Part shown: positions 12,356 to 23,829 of the stretch, piece after piece | Numbering within the stretch: the first letter of the stretch is position 1 | How the letters are laid out: every line of letters starts with the position of its first letter | Origin: Mobula birostris | Taxonomy: Eukaryota | Direction of reading: 5' to 3' | Assembly: GCF_030028105.1 (NCBI RefSeq) | Contig: NC_092373.1 | Span: 138,638,278-138,702,277 of the forward strand | Length of the DNA stretch: 64,000 nt | The notes under the pieces: model-generated | Told to the model about the DNA's origin: nothing | Database searches by the model: none | Seen by the model: the letters and a program-made list of their open reading frames with translations, nothing else | Made by a program: the position numbers and the translations under genes

Positions 12356-13126
12356 AACTCAGTGGCCACTTCATTCAGTACCTCTGTACCCCTGCTCATT
12401 AATGCAAATATCTAATCAGCCAGCTATGTGGCAGCAACTCAGTGTATAAGAGCCATACTGTTGGTCAGGAGATTCAGTTGATGTTCAGTCCGAACATCAG
12501 AATGAGGAGGAAATGCGATCTAAGTCAGTGGTCCCCATGTGCTACCGGACCGTGAGGAAACGATATTATTTGGCAATATCAACCGATATGAGTCAGCTGC
12601 ACCTTTCCTCATTCCCTGTCACGCCCGCTGTTGAACTTGAATGCACGTGAGGTCCGCGAGAATATTGTCAATATTAAACTGGTCTGCGGTACACAAAAGG
12701 TTGGGGACCCCTGATCGAAGTGACTGACTGTGTTGGTGCCAGATGGGGTTGTTTAAGTATCTCAGAATCGGCTAATCTCCTGGGATTCTTTTCACACAAC
12801 AGTCTTTAGTGTTTACAGAGAATAGCATCTAAGTGCGCAAAACCAAACAAAAACCCCAGTGAGCAGCAGGTCTGTGGGGAAAAATGAATGCCTTATTAAT
12901 AAAGGATGTCAGAGGAGAATGGCCAGACTGGTTTAAGCTGAGGAGGTGACAGTAACTTTGTGCTACATTGGTGGTATGATGAAGAGCATCTCTGAAGGTA
13001 CAACATGTCCAACCTTGAAGAAGCTGGGCTACAGCAGCAGAAGAAAATGAATATATAGAATTTTCTATACACTTAGTAACCACTTTATTAGGTGCTTACT
13101 ATACTTAACAAAGTGACCGCTGAGTG
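12356..13126 (+). mobile_element. Tc1-like non-autonomous DNA transposon
   Basis: TIRs actcagtggccactt / aagtgaccgctgagtg, TA flanks, decayed transposase N-terminus; homologous to 21199-21888. Confidence 0.85.
12526..12713. mobile_element. hAT (Charlie-like) MITE nested in the Tc1 element
   Basis: TIRs cagtggtcccca / tggggacccctg; 8-bp TSD atctaagt / atcgaagt; the Tc1 copy near 21360 lacks the insertion. Confidence 0.9.
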
Positions 13127-13395
13127 TAATTTACTGAACTACAGACTTCATACATCACTGTTTTTATTCACTTCAAGATTCCAACTACTGACTGATTAGC
13201 TCCTCTCCTGAAATGAAACAAAATGTTATCAGAATATTATTAAATTTTGATCGCTTATCCACAAGTCATCTGTCACAGTGCTCTCTCAATTATTCTTGCC
13301 TTATTACACAAGGTCTGAGATAGCCTCTTGCCTGGTTATTTCCATGTTGGCTTGAACCAGAGTTCTTTCCTTGGCATTCAAAGATAATACCAATA

Positions 13396-13400
13396 CTCTC

Positions 13401-13471
<71 letters not shown>
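13396..13471. repeat. (TC)n microsatellite
   Basis: Direct observation. Confidence 0.98.
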
Positions 13472-13474
<3 letters not shown>

Positions 13475-13593
13475 AACATTATGGGTGCCATCATTAATCA
13501 GAAACATAACAGGACCAGCTAAATGAAAGCTGTGGCTCCTAGAACAAGTCCAAACCTGGATGACTGCCTTTTAACTCACTAAAGACTTCCCAT

Positions 13594-14478
13594 CAACACA
13601 CATCAAAGTTGCTGGTGAACGCAGCAGGCCAAGCAGCATCTGTAGGAAGAGGTGCAGTCGACGTTTCAGGCCGAGACCCTTCATCAGGACTAACTGAAGG
13701 AAGAGTGAGTAAGGGATTTGAAAGTTGGAGGGGGAGGGGGAGATCCAAAATGATAGGAGAAGACAGGATGGGGAGGGATAGAGCCAAGAGCTGGACAGGT
13801 GATAGGCAAAAGGGGATACGAGCGGATCATGGGACAGGAGGTCCGGGAAGAAAGACAAGGAGGCGGGGGGGGGGACCCAGAGGATGGGCAAGAGGTATAT
13901 TCAGAGGGACAGAGGGAGAAAAAGGAGAGTGAGTGAAAGAATGTGTGCATAAAAATGAGTAACAGATGGGGTACGAGGGGGAGGTGGGGCCTTAGCGGAA
14001 GTTAGAGAAGTCGATGTTCATGCCATCAGGTTGGAGGCTACCCAGACGGAATATAAGGTGTTGTTCCTCCAACCTGAGTGTGGCTTCATCTTTACAGTAG
14101 AGGAGGCCGTGGATAGACATGTCAGAATGGGAATGGGATGTGAAATTAAAATGTGTGGCCACTGGGAGATCCTGCTTTCTCTGGCGGACAGAGCGTAGAT
14201 GTTCAGCAAAGCGGTCTCCCAGTCTGCGTCGGGTCTCGTCAATATATAAAAGGCCACATCGGGAGCACCGGCCGCAGTTTATCACCCCAGTCGACTCACA
14301 GGTGAAGTGTTGCCTCACCTGGAAGGACTGTTTGGGGCCCTGAATGGTGGTAAGGGAGGAAGTGTGAGGGCATGTGTAGCACTTGTTCCGCTTACACGGA
14401 TAAGTGCCAGGAGGAAGATCAGTGGGGAGGGATGGGGGGGACGAATGGACAAGGGAGTTGTGTAAGGAGGGATCCCAT
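13594..14478 (-). mobile_element. Penelope-like element (Neptune-type), young, 5'-truncated
   Basis: ORF 13992-14318 HFTCESTGVINCGRCSRCGLLYIDETRRRLGDRFAEH (GIY-YIG, catalytic motifs mutated); CKRNKCYTC linker near 14370-14400; pLTR nearly identical to 17238-17770. Confidence 0.95.
13656..13691 (-). ncRNA. Minimal type I hammerhead ribozyme motif in the Penelope pLTR
   Basis: Minus strand reads AGUC-CUGAUGA-AGG(GUCUCGG)CCU-GAAA-CG-UC^-GACU: full core, helix II, helix I AGUC/GACU and palindromic ACGU in place of helix III. Confidence 0.85.
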
Positions 14479-14499
14479 CATCTGCTGCCAGGAGTGTGA

Positions 14500-14625
14500 A
14501 GATACAAGAGGCTGCAGATTGTGGAGGCTGGAGAAATCAAAACAAACTTCTAGAGGAACTCAGTAAATCAGGCAGAAGCTATGGAGGAAATTAGACAGTC
14601 AGTGTTTCAGGTTGAGACCCTTCAT
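14500..14625 (-). mobile_element. Older Penelope pLTR terminal fragment ending in the hammerhead remnant
   Basis: 'gaggaactcag...gacagtcagtgtttcaggttgagacccttcat'. Confidence 0.7.
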
Positions 14626-15838
14626 TTCAAATGAATACTTTTCTGCTACTTGGACACATGTGGTTTCAATGAAGGTTAAAGCCATCTTAAAGAAAGCAGT
14701 ACATTGGAATAGCACTCTATTCACAACCTTAAACACCCATTCCCTCCATGCTCTGTAAAATGCATTGAATTTCCAACATCACCTCCTGAATTCATTACCT
14801 TCACCAGCCAAAAGGATACAAAGAGCAATTGCATGGGATACTTGTCATCTGCAAGACAGACATCAAATAACACATAATTTTGACCTGAAAGTACTTTATT
14901 ATCCCATTTTTTACTCCTAGTCTCTATCCAAAAGTAATGTACCAGTGCCTTCAATATGAAGGTTACAATGCTTTATTCCCAGCTTCTAAAAGATAATTAG
15001 GGATGGGTGTTAAATACTGGTTTTACCATTAAAATACACATCCTTTAATTAAATAGGTTCAGAACCTTCTCCACATTGCTTGCTGTTACCAGGAGTCCCT
15101 CTGCAGTAGCCTTTCCCAAGAAAGCTGGATTGTGATGGCCAGGAAAACACATGACCTTGCCAATCATCAGTCCCACTGACATGCTATTACAATAGGTTGT
15201 CACATATCTAACTCACCTGAAGGAATGCCTTTAAAAGCTACCACAGAATTTAGAATGTTTGTAAATGTAACTCAGAAGGTAATGAAGGAATATAGAAAAA
15301 TTAGTCTATTCACCATCATTATGTAGCATGTCATAAGACATGGACGATTTTGGTCTTCTATCAGTCTTTAATCTGAGAAGTTCCAATAAACTTTTCAAAA
15401 CTTTTGCCCATCCATCCCTTAGATGTAACTCAGGAATGCAATGTTAACCACGACTTTATCTTCCATCAATTTTTCCTGTCGCTGCAAGATGTTTGTGCTT
15501 CTCTTTCCCCAATACGTGTCCCAGAAATTCCAGCTGCTATTTCTTGATTGATAATATCAGCTCTCTTTTTACTCCAGCTTTTTGCCACACCTCCTTAATT
15601 GTTACTCTGTCCTTCCATGGTTATTTTCATCATTCTTCTCAAAAAACACATTTCTGCAGCTTCAAGTCTTCCCAATTTGCTTTGATATTGTCCAACATTT
15701 TATTATTTTCTCCAGAAAATGTACTCTTGAAAATAAAGTACAAGATCGCTTGAGAATAGTGGTAGGGCAATAACTCTCTATTCAAGTATAATGTTCTCGA
15801 AAGGGACTGTCTATTGGCGTGTCCTCAGGTGGCTGTAG

Positions 15839-17900
15839 ACCATAAGACAAAGGAGCAGAAGTCAGCCGTTCGGCCCATCGAGTCTGCTCTGCCATTTTAT
15901 CATGAGCTGATCCAATTTTCCATTTAGTCAAAATCCCCCGCCTTCTCACCATAACCCTTGATGCCCTGGCTACTCAGATACCTATCAATCTCTGCTTTAA
16001 ATACATCCAATGACTTAGCTTCCACTGCCGCCCGTGGCAACAAATTCCATAGATTCACCACCCTCTGGCTGAAAAAATTTCTTTGCATCTCTGTTCTGAA
16101 TGGGCGCCCTTCAATCCTTAAGTCATGCCCTCTTGTACTGGACTCCCCCACCACGAGAAACGACTTTGCCACATCCACTCTGTCCATGTCTTTCAACATT
16201 CGAAATGTTTCTATGAGGTCCCCCCTCATTCTTCTAAACTCCAAGGAATACAGTCCAAGAGTGGACAAACGTTCCTCATATATTAACCCTCTCATTCCCG
16301 GAAGCATTTTAGTGAATCTTCTCTGAGCCCTCTCCAATGTCAGCACATCCTTTCTTAAATAAGGAGACCAAAACTGCACACAGTACTCCAAGTGAGGTCT
16401 TACCAATGTCTTATAGAGCCTCAATATCACATCCTTGCTCCTATACTCTATTCCTCTAGAAATGAATGCCAACATTGCATTTGCCTTCTTCACCACCGAC
16501 TCAACCTGGAGGTTAACAGTAAGGGTATCCTGCACTAGGACTCTCAAGTCCTGTTGCATCTCAGAGCTTTGAATTCTCTCCCCATTTAAATAATAATCTG
16601 CCCATTTATTTCTTCTACCAAAGTGCATAACCATACACTTTCCAACATTGAATTTAATTTTCCACTTCTCTGCCTATTCTCCCAATCTTTCCAAGTCTCT
16701 CTGCAGACTCTCCGTTTCCTCAGCACTATCAGCCCCTCCACCTATCTTTGTACCATCAGCAAACTTAGCCACAAAGCCATCTATTCCGTAATCCAAATTG
16801 TTGATGTGCAACATAAAAAGAAGCGGCCCCAACACGGACCCCTGTGGAACACCACTGGTAACTGGCAGACAACCAGAATAGGATCCCTTTATTCCCACTC
16901 TCTGTTTCCTGCCAATCAGCCAACGCTCTATCCACGTATGTAACTTCTCCGTAATTCCATGGGCTCTTATCTTGTTTAGCAGCCTCGTGCGGCACCTTGA
17001 CAAAGGCCTTCTGAAAATCCAAATACACAACATCCACTGCATCCCCCTTGTCTAGCCTGCTTGTAATTTCCTCAAAAAATTGCAATAGGTTTGTCGGGCA
17101 GGATTTTCCTTTAAGGAAACCATGCTGAGTTCTGCCTATCTTGTCATATCCCTCCAGGTACTCCGTAATCTCATCCCTGACAATCGACTCCACCAACTTC
17201 CCAACCACCGATGTCAAGCTAACAGGTCTATAGTTTCACAAACAACAGGAATTCTGCAGATGCTGGAAATTCAAGCAACACACATCAAAGTTGCTGGTGA
17301 ATGCAGCAGGCCAGGCAGCATCTCTAGGAAGAGGTACAGTCAACGTTTTAGGCCAAGACCCTTCGTCAGGACTAACTGAGGGAAGAGTGAGTAAGAGATT
17401 TGAAAGTGGGAGGGGGAGGGGGAGGGGGAGATCCAAAATGATAGGAGAAGACAGGAGGGGTGGGAGGGTTGGAGCCAAGAGCTGGACAGGTGATTGGCAA
17501 AGGGGATATGAGAGGATCATGGGACAGGAGGCCCAGGGAGAAAGACGGGGGGGGGGGGACAGAGGATGGGCAAGGGGTATAGTGAGAGGGACAGAGGGAG
17601 AAAAAGGAGAGTGAGAGGAAGAATGTGTGTATAAAAATAAATAACGGATGGGGTACGAGGGGGAGGTGGGGCATTAGCGGAAGTTAGAGAAGTCAATGTT
17701 CATGTCATCAGGTTGGAGGCTACCCAGACGGAATATAAGGCGTTGTTCCTCCAACCTGAGTGTGGCTTCATCTTTACATTATTCCTCCAACTTGAGTGTG
17801 GCTTCATCTATAGGTCTATAGTTTCCTTTTTGCTCCCTTGCCCCCTTCTTAAGTAACGGAGTGACATTTGCAATCTTCCAGTCCTCCGGAACCATGCCCA
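15839..17900 (-). mobile_element. CR1 LINE (young subfamily), 5'-truncated, interrupted by a Penelope insertion
   Basis: ORFs 15924-16634, 16674-17042 and 16765-17217 are RT and C-terminal ORF2 pieces nearly identical to 35429-37726; the sequence resumes at 17812. Confidence 0.95.
17238..17811 (-). mobile_element. Penelope pLTR plus endonuclease end inserted into CR1 with a 14-bp TSD
   Basis: TSD aggtctatagtttc at 17224-17237 and 17812-17825; near-identical to 13594-14097. Confidence 0.92.
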
Positions 17901-20850
17901 TCTGGGCATGTAGAGGCTGATCTGAGACCCACATATTCTAATGCAGTGTGGCAAAGAGTTAGTGCTAATTGTGGTTAGCGTTTGGGTCAATTCTCCCATT
18001 TTGCAGCTGCTGCTTGCTCTCTGCAGCACAGCGGAGATCAGTCACATGTGGCATAGTTCCCAGTTGAACAGATTTTCTCCAGTTGTCATAAAAACCCATA
18101 GTACTTTTCCGAAGGAAAAATAAATGGAGGGATAAATAATTTACAATCAATTTTATATATACATTGAATGGTACACATTTAAGTGTACATTTAGAAATAC
18201 AGTTTGAATACTCTGGAAAATACCATATTAACAGCCACCAAAAGTTATTATTGTTTGTCTCATCTTAATACCAGTGATGAGATATTGACTATTGTGCCAC
18301 TCCAGTCATCCTGCAAATATTATGATTGATTTTTGCCCCCATATTAACACTTTCAAACATGTTTCAAATTTTGTTGACCAACATTTGCTGGTTTAAATAC
18401 AAAGCAGGAGAATGGAAACAGTCTGCTTGGTGCTTCTTCACTTAGATAATCAAGTTTCCCAGTATGTTTTAGGTCCCTCAGCAATAGCCAGCTACATAGT
18501 CCAAATGCTTGGAAATTGTCTTGACCCGAAACTGAGATGGCCAGCTTTCAGATATCTTTGGGACAATATTTCTTTATTGTGATTTATTGTGTTTTTAAAA
18601 TAAAGTTGATTTAGTTTAGTTTGCTGCGTGAAATGGAAAGAAATTCTAGAGCAGAAATTGCTATTTTTTTGCTTTGAAGTTATTTGTCAAAAATAAAGGT
18701 AATAGCTATATAAAATAAATGCATGCAAGTGAGCCCAACAGAAGATTCGTGAAGTCCTTGCAAAGGCATTTTATAAATTGATATGAATGGCTACTATGGT
18801 GGTCTGTATTACTAAGAATCTAGATAGCTGCAGCTTTTATTACACTGGTAACAGTATTTATAGTTTTGATTAGCAAAATTTTCATGTATTTATCTTAGGG
18901 TCTATCATAGAGACAATAAAATAAAGATGAGCCACTGTTTGTCTTCAGTATCTCCTTATTCGCATTTACTCTGTTTTGTATTTAATGCTAATATACTATT
19001 ATCCATATTTTATTGGACACCTACATACATAATTTTGTACGGATGTAAATGCAGTTTGTAACTTACTGTAAAGTTCTTCTGGAAAATCTAATCTTAGAAT
19101 CCAAATTAAGACCTTTAACATAAAACTAGATATTTTAAAAATCACTAAAGCAGTCAGGATCAGTGCACAATTTCAGAAAGACATAAATACGGACTCTTCT
19201 TTATGCCAAGGTTTCTCATATGGCATGCTCCTGATTTTTTTAACTGTGTAAAAACCTTTCCATTGTTCTTATTAGTGGCTTGACCCCTCTGTCTCAGTTA
19301 GAGTGAGTCCTATTATCCTCTCATGCGAGTTTTTGTCGTTGATTTTCCACTGCACTAATTGAGGTGTTCTGCCACTCCACTGACCATCTTTTCTGCACCA
19401 TAATCCTTATGGTTTGTAAGGACATCTCCTCATCTACTTTAAAAGTTGGCATAGAGCATAATGTCCTACATTGTTACTGTGATACAGTGGAATGCATCAC
19501 CAATTGCAAGGATAATTGTAGTTTGTTGGTGAGTTGCTATCACAGTAAGGCTGTCACATGCTCAATCATTATAACATTGTTGTACCTTGCTTGCTACTTC
19601 ATTTAACAACTGACTGTCACAATAAACAGATATTTGCTGTGGTCCTGGAAAAGTTTTGTGACTCCTTGTTATTCCAACATAATGAGATGTCTGGAAGGGA
19701 TGCTGCCAACTGACACATTCCAGGCTGTAGGAACACATGCTGATGGATGTACTGAAGTTTGGTGGAGTTTATGCAAAGGCTCTGTGGAGATGGACTACAG
19801 TCTGTGCTCCTTCTACTACTGCATATGGAGTGGCTGTGTTACATGGCAAAACCCAGGTTTATCAGCCCAGGGGTCACATGCATGGCAATGGTGATAGTGT
19901 TTAAAACAAAAGTTAATGCTTCTGAATGTATTGACCATGAGTTTCAAATACTTTGCACTGTTTATTCTTTTGTGTATATTTTTAGTATGAATATAGTTTA
20001 TTTTGAAACAAAAAATATTCAGCCTGAGAAAATGAATACTCAACAGTTAACTGAAAGAAAAATTGTACTAATGCTAACCCTCCCCCTGACACCTGAATGA
20101 AGATGGATCATCTCATCTATTTAACCCTGTGATTGTGTGAATGAGTGATTGGTAAAATGCCTCAACTCAGCTCTGCAAACTGTGACCATTAATGGTTTTC
20201 CCGCTTATTCAATATTGTGGTGAGCATTTGGACCTTGATGACAGATGAGAAAGACTCATTTAACTGAGGTGCCATTTTTATTGTGATAAGCACAAAAACA
20301 GACTGGCTACGATAACCTGGGAAAAGAACATACAGACGGGGGAGATGATTATCACTCTCCCCGGTTACGGTCAGGGTGACCCACAAACACACATCTGAAT
20401 AACTGTACAACCTGAGCTAAAATGTAACAGTAAATGAACTTGAACATCCCACCACAGCCTCACGAGCGCATTTAAAAACAAGAACAATAAGTAGCACTGG
20501 CTGCCAGGAATGCTGGGGCGAGCTGTCGAGCATGCCCTCCCTGCCGCCCCCCCCCCCCACCCCCACCCCCACCCCCAAGTGGAACTCTATTTTATGATAT
20601 TATAGATTACGCAATTTAGTATCATTTTCCCAGCAACCCAGGATTTGCTCAGCAACTCTATTTAAATATCCCTCTGATGTGAAAAGTGCTGAGAGCCATC
20701 TTAGTGGAATTATGATCTTGGTTGCTTGCACTAGATGCATGTTTTAGCACAGTGACTTTTCCAATATTTTAGAAATGCAGTAAAACAGCTGCTAAACAAT
20801 GGATTTATTGGAAGTGACTGGAGATGATTTCCCTCCCTATTGACTTCCTT

Positions 20851-20940
20851 TCAAGCAACACACATCAAAGTTGCTGGTGAACGCAGCAGGCCAGGCAGCA
20901 TCTCTAGGAAGAGGTGCAGTCGACGTCTTGGCCTGAAACT
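20851..20940 (-). mobile_element. Short Penelope pLTR terminus truncated at the hammerhead
   Basis: Near-identical to 13594-13664, followed by a small inverted piece 'cttggcctgaaac'. Confidence 0.85.
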
Positions 20941-21198
20941 TAAATTTATTCCTCTGCTCCTGTAAAATATACCATCAGTCATTTTGAGTCTTAAATACTC
21001 TGAGGTTTAGCATTTCACACCCAAATTTGAATGAACACCTTTGGCACCTCTATGAAAGATACCTGTCTTTCAGAGTCCTGAGATTCAACCATCTGAACCT
21101 ATCTTTCTTTTTCATAAATATATCTGCTTCTGAGATACAGAACCTATAAGCAAAAATGCTATTATGAATATGATTTCATTCATTAAGCACGTACTGTA

Positions 21199-21888
21199 CA
21201 CTCACGGGCCATTTTATAAGATACATCTGTACCCTTGCTAGTTAATACAGATACCTAATCACCCAATGATGTGGCAGCAAACCAATGTACAAAAGTACGT
21301 AGACACAGTCAAGAGGTCTAGTTGTTCAAACCAAGCATCAGAATAGGGAAGAAATGTGATTTAAGTGACTTTGACCATCGAATCATTGCTGGTGCCAGAT
21401 GGGGTGGTTTGAGTATCTTAGGAACTGTTGATCTCCTGGGATTTTCATGGTATAACAGTCTCAAGTGTTTACAAAGACTAGTGCAAAAAGCACTAGTGGT
21501 ATTTCTGTGGGCAAAAATGCCTTGTTAATGAGTGAAATCAGAGGAGAGTGGCCAGGTTGGTTCAAGCTGACAGGAAGGTAACGGTAACACAAATAACCAT
21601 GTGTTACAACAGTGGTGTGTGTGGAAGAGCATCTCTGAATGCATGACACAACAAAACCTGAAGCAGATGGGCCATAGCAGCAGAAGACCACCATATACTG
21701 AACACAAACAAGAGAAAATCTCCAGATGCTGGAAATCCAAGCATCACACACAAAACGCTGGAGGAACTCAGCAGGCCAGGCAGCATCTATAGAAAATTAC
21801 TGTCGACGTTTCCGGCTGAAACCCTTCCTCCAGCATTCTCTGTGTGTCACCGTGTACAGGAGGCACCTAATAAATTGGTCACTGGGTG
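21199..21888 (+). mobile_element. Tc1-like non-autonomous DNA transposon with a nested Penelope fold-back (~21705-21847)
   Basis: TA-flanked TIRs cactcacgggccattttat / ataaattggtcactgggtg; GKKCDLSDFDHRIIAGARWGGLSILGTVDLLGFS resembles a Tc1 HTH N-terminus. Confidence 0.85.
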
Positions 21889-22991
21889 TATAAATTTTTT
21901 CAAATTATACTAAGTATTTTTGTAATGCTCATATGAAGAATAAAGATCGTTCTTTTATAGTTCAGTATTTAGCTTTCTCTAAATTAGATAAGGATTGTTT
22001 ACTTTTTCCGCTGCCAAATATTCACACCTTGTATGCATCCTTAACTTGTTTCATTTCTGCTTTGTAAAGTCAACAAGGCAGGAGCAAGAAAATTGTGTAA
22101 ACTGTATGGATTAGTTTTCCATTTGTTCTCCAAGCAAACAGGAAGGTTTGTTTCGAATAGCCTAGTTGGACTATTGCGTGCTGTGAAGAAAACATACAAT
22201 GGGATGAAGGTGTCTGTAGTTCTCAAGAGGTAATTGAAAGACAGCCAGCGTTGTCTGCAGCTTCCACTTCAATAGGAGAGAAATCAGAAACCAGCAATTA
22301 GTCATACATAACCACTGGGCAGGATCAGTGTGGAACATTAATAAAGGCAGTGTTTACATACAAGCAAATACAGGAAGGGAACCTCAGTACAATAATGAAA
22401 AAGCTTTTCCTGGGGACAAGAGGAGACATGCATTCACTGGAATTTGAAAGGGGCACTGTTGACATAGAAAGCCTGGGATAACATATGATAACATATTGTA
22501 ATTATCAATCACATTCAAAATTATAAAGCTTAAAGCGCATAAAAACTTACTATGAACACTATATCAGATTTGAAACAGGACATTTGACTAAACTTTGAAA
22601 TCTATACTCTACACTCTTAATCTTCTACTCCATTATTATACAGAAGTCTTGTAGCTATGCCATTATAATCAGAAAAGCAACCTTTAGATTACACAGTATG
22701 TTTTATACAATAAGTTTACAAAATACAAATGGCTTTCTTTTGGAGAAGGAGCTTAAGCTTGGTAACCTTTTGACATTCTACATGAGCAAGGCCATTCAAA
22801 GCTCTGGTCCCTATGTCTTAACTCTCACCAAATCTTATTCACCTATCATCCCTTCGCTTGTTAGCTTCCATTGGTTGTCAATCAACAATAAATCATTGCA
22901 ATTTTCATTCTTCCTGTCTGTTTACCACCTCTATATTCCTCCTTCGTACCTGTGCTTCTTCTACTCTGGGCTATTGTTTGTCTATGAATTT

Positions 22992-23270
22992 GCGGCACGG
23001 TAGCGTAGTGATTAGCACAATGCTTTACAGAACCGTCAATGCGGGTTCAGGTTCTGCTGTTGTCTGTAAGGAGTATGTATTTTATCCCCGTAACCACGTG
23101 GGACCCTTCAGGTACTCCAGTTTTCTCCCACAGTCCAAAGACGTACCAGTGGGTAGGTTAATTGGTCAAAGTAAATTGTCCTGCGATTAGGTTTGGGTTA
23201 AATTGGGGTTGCTGGGTGGCACAGCTTGAAGGGCTGAAAGGGCCTATTCTATGCTGTATCTCAATAAATA
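22992..23270 (+). mobile_element. tRNA-derived V-SINE (HE1-like)
   Basis: tRNA-like head (ggtagcgtagtg...gggttca), V-core 'ctcccacagtccaaagacgt...ggtaggttaattgg...taaattgtcc', CR1-like tail 'gaagggc...ggcctattctatgctgtatc'. Confidence 0.85.
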
Positions 23271-23754
23271 CATCACTTTACCATTGGTAGCCAAGCTTAC
23301 AGCCGACTTAGTCCTAACTTCGGTAACTGTCTCCTTAAAAATAAGAATTCAATTTAGCAAGTTTCCCCACGCTAATAAGCTGATTAACATTGCAAATGTG
23401 CCATTGAAGGCTCCACACCAGAACCCAATTATACTGGAAGCACAAGGACTATCATTCATTTTACTCTATGACAGAGTGCCAATGATCATTATAATCATTA
23501 GGTACCAGCACAGAGCCTGCAATTGAAGTTAGTTGGATATTCCCACTGTGCTGGATGATTGGTTCATAGGCCACAGTCAGCTCATTAAATCCAAGCTCCC
23601 AATTCCAACCAGACCAACAAGAAATAATGCTCTGCGTTCTTCCAGTAAGAACCCAGAATCACCTGCAACATTAAGGAATCATAAAGCAGAAATTATGATG
23701 CACTGCCCCGTTTGGAGGTGAATTGTGGTATAGTTTAGCAAAAGTCCCTTTCGC

Positions 23755-23829
23755 CTCCCCTTCCTGTGGAGCTGTAGTCAAGACTGTGCTTGAGGAACAG
23801 TCTTGTCTTCAGCTCCACAGGAAGAGGAG
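23755..23829. other. Near-perfect 75-nt hairpin (pre-miRNA-like or ancient palindromic repeat)
   Basis: Stem of 4+15+2+9 bp separated by single mismatches, with a 9-nt loop. Confidence 0.6.

Noticed and set aside
17893-17910. catgccca-tc-tgggcatg hairpin at the CR1 5' junction
   Set aside because: Only 8 bp; explicable as junction microhomology or chance
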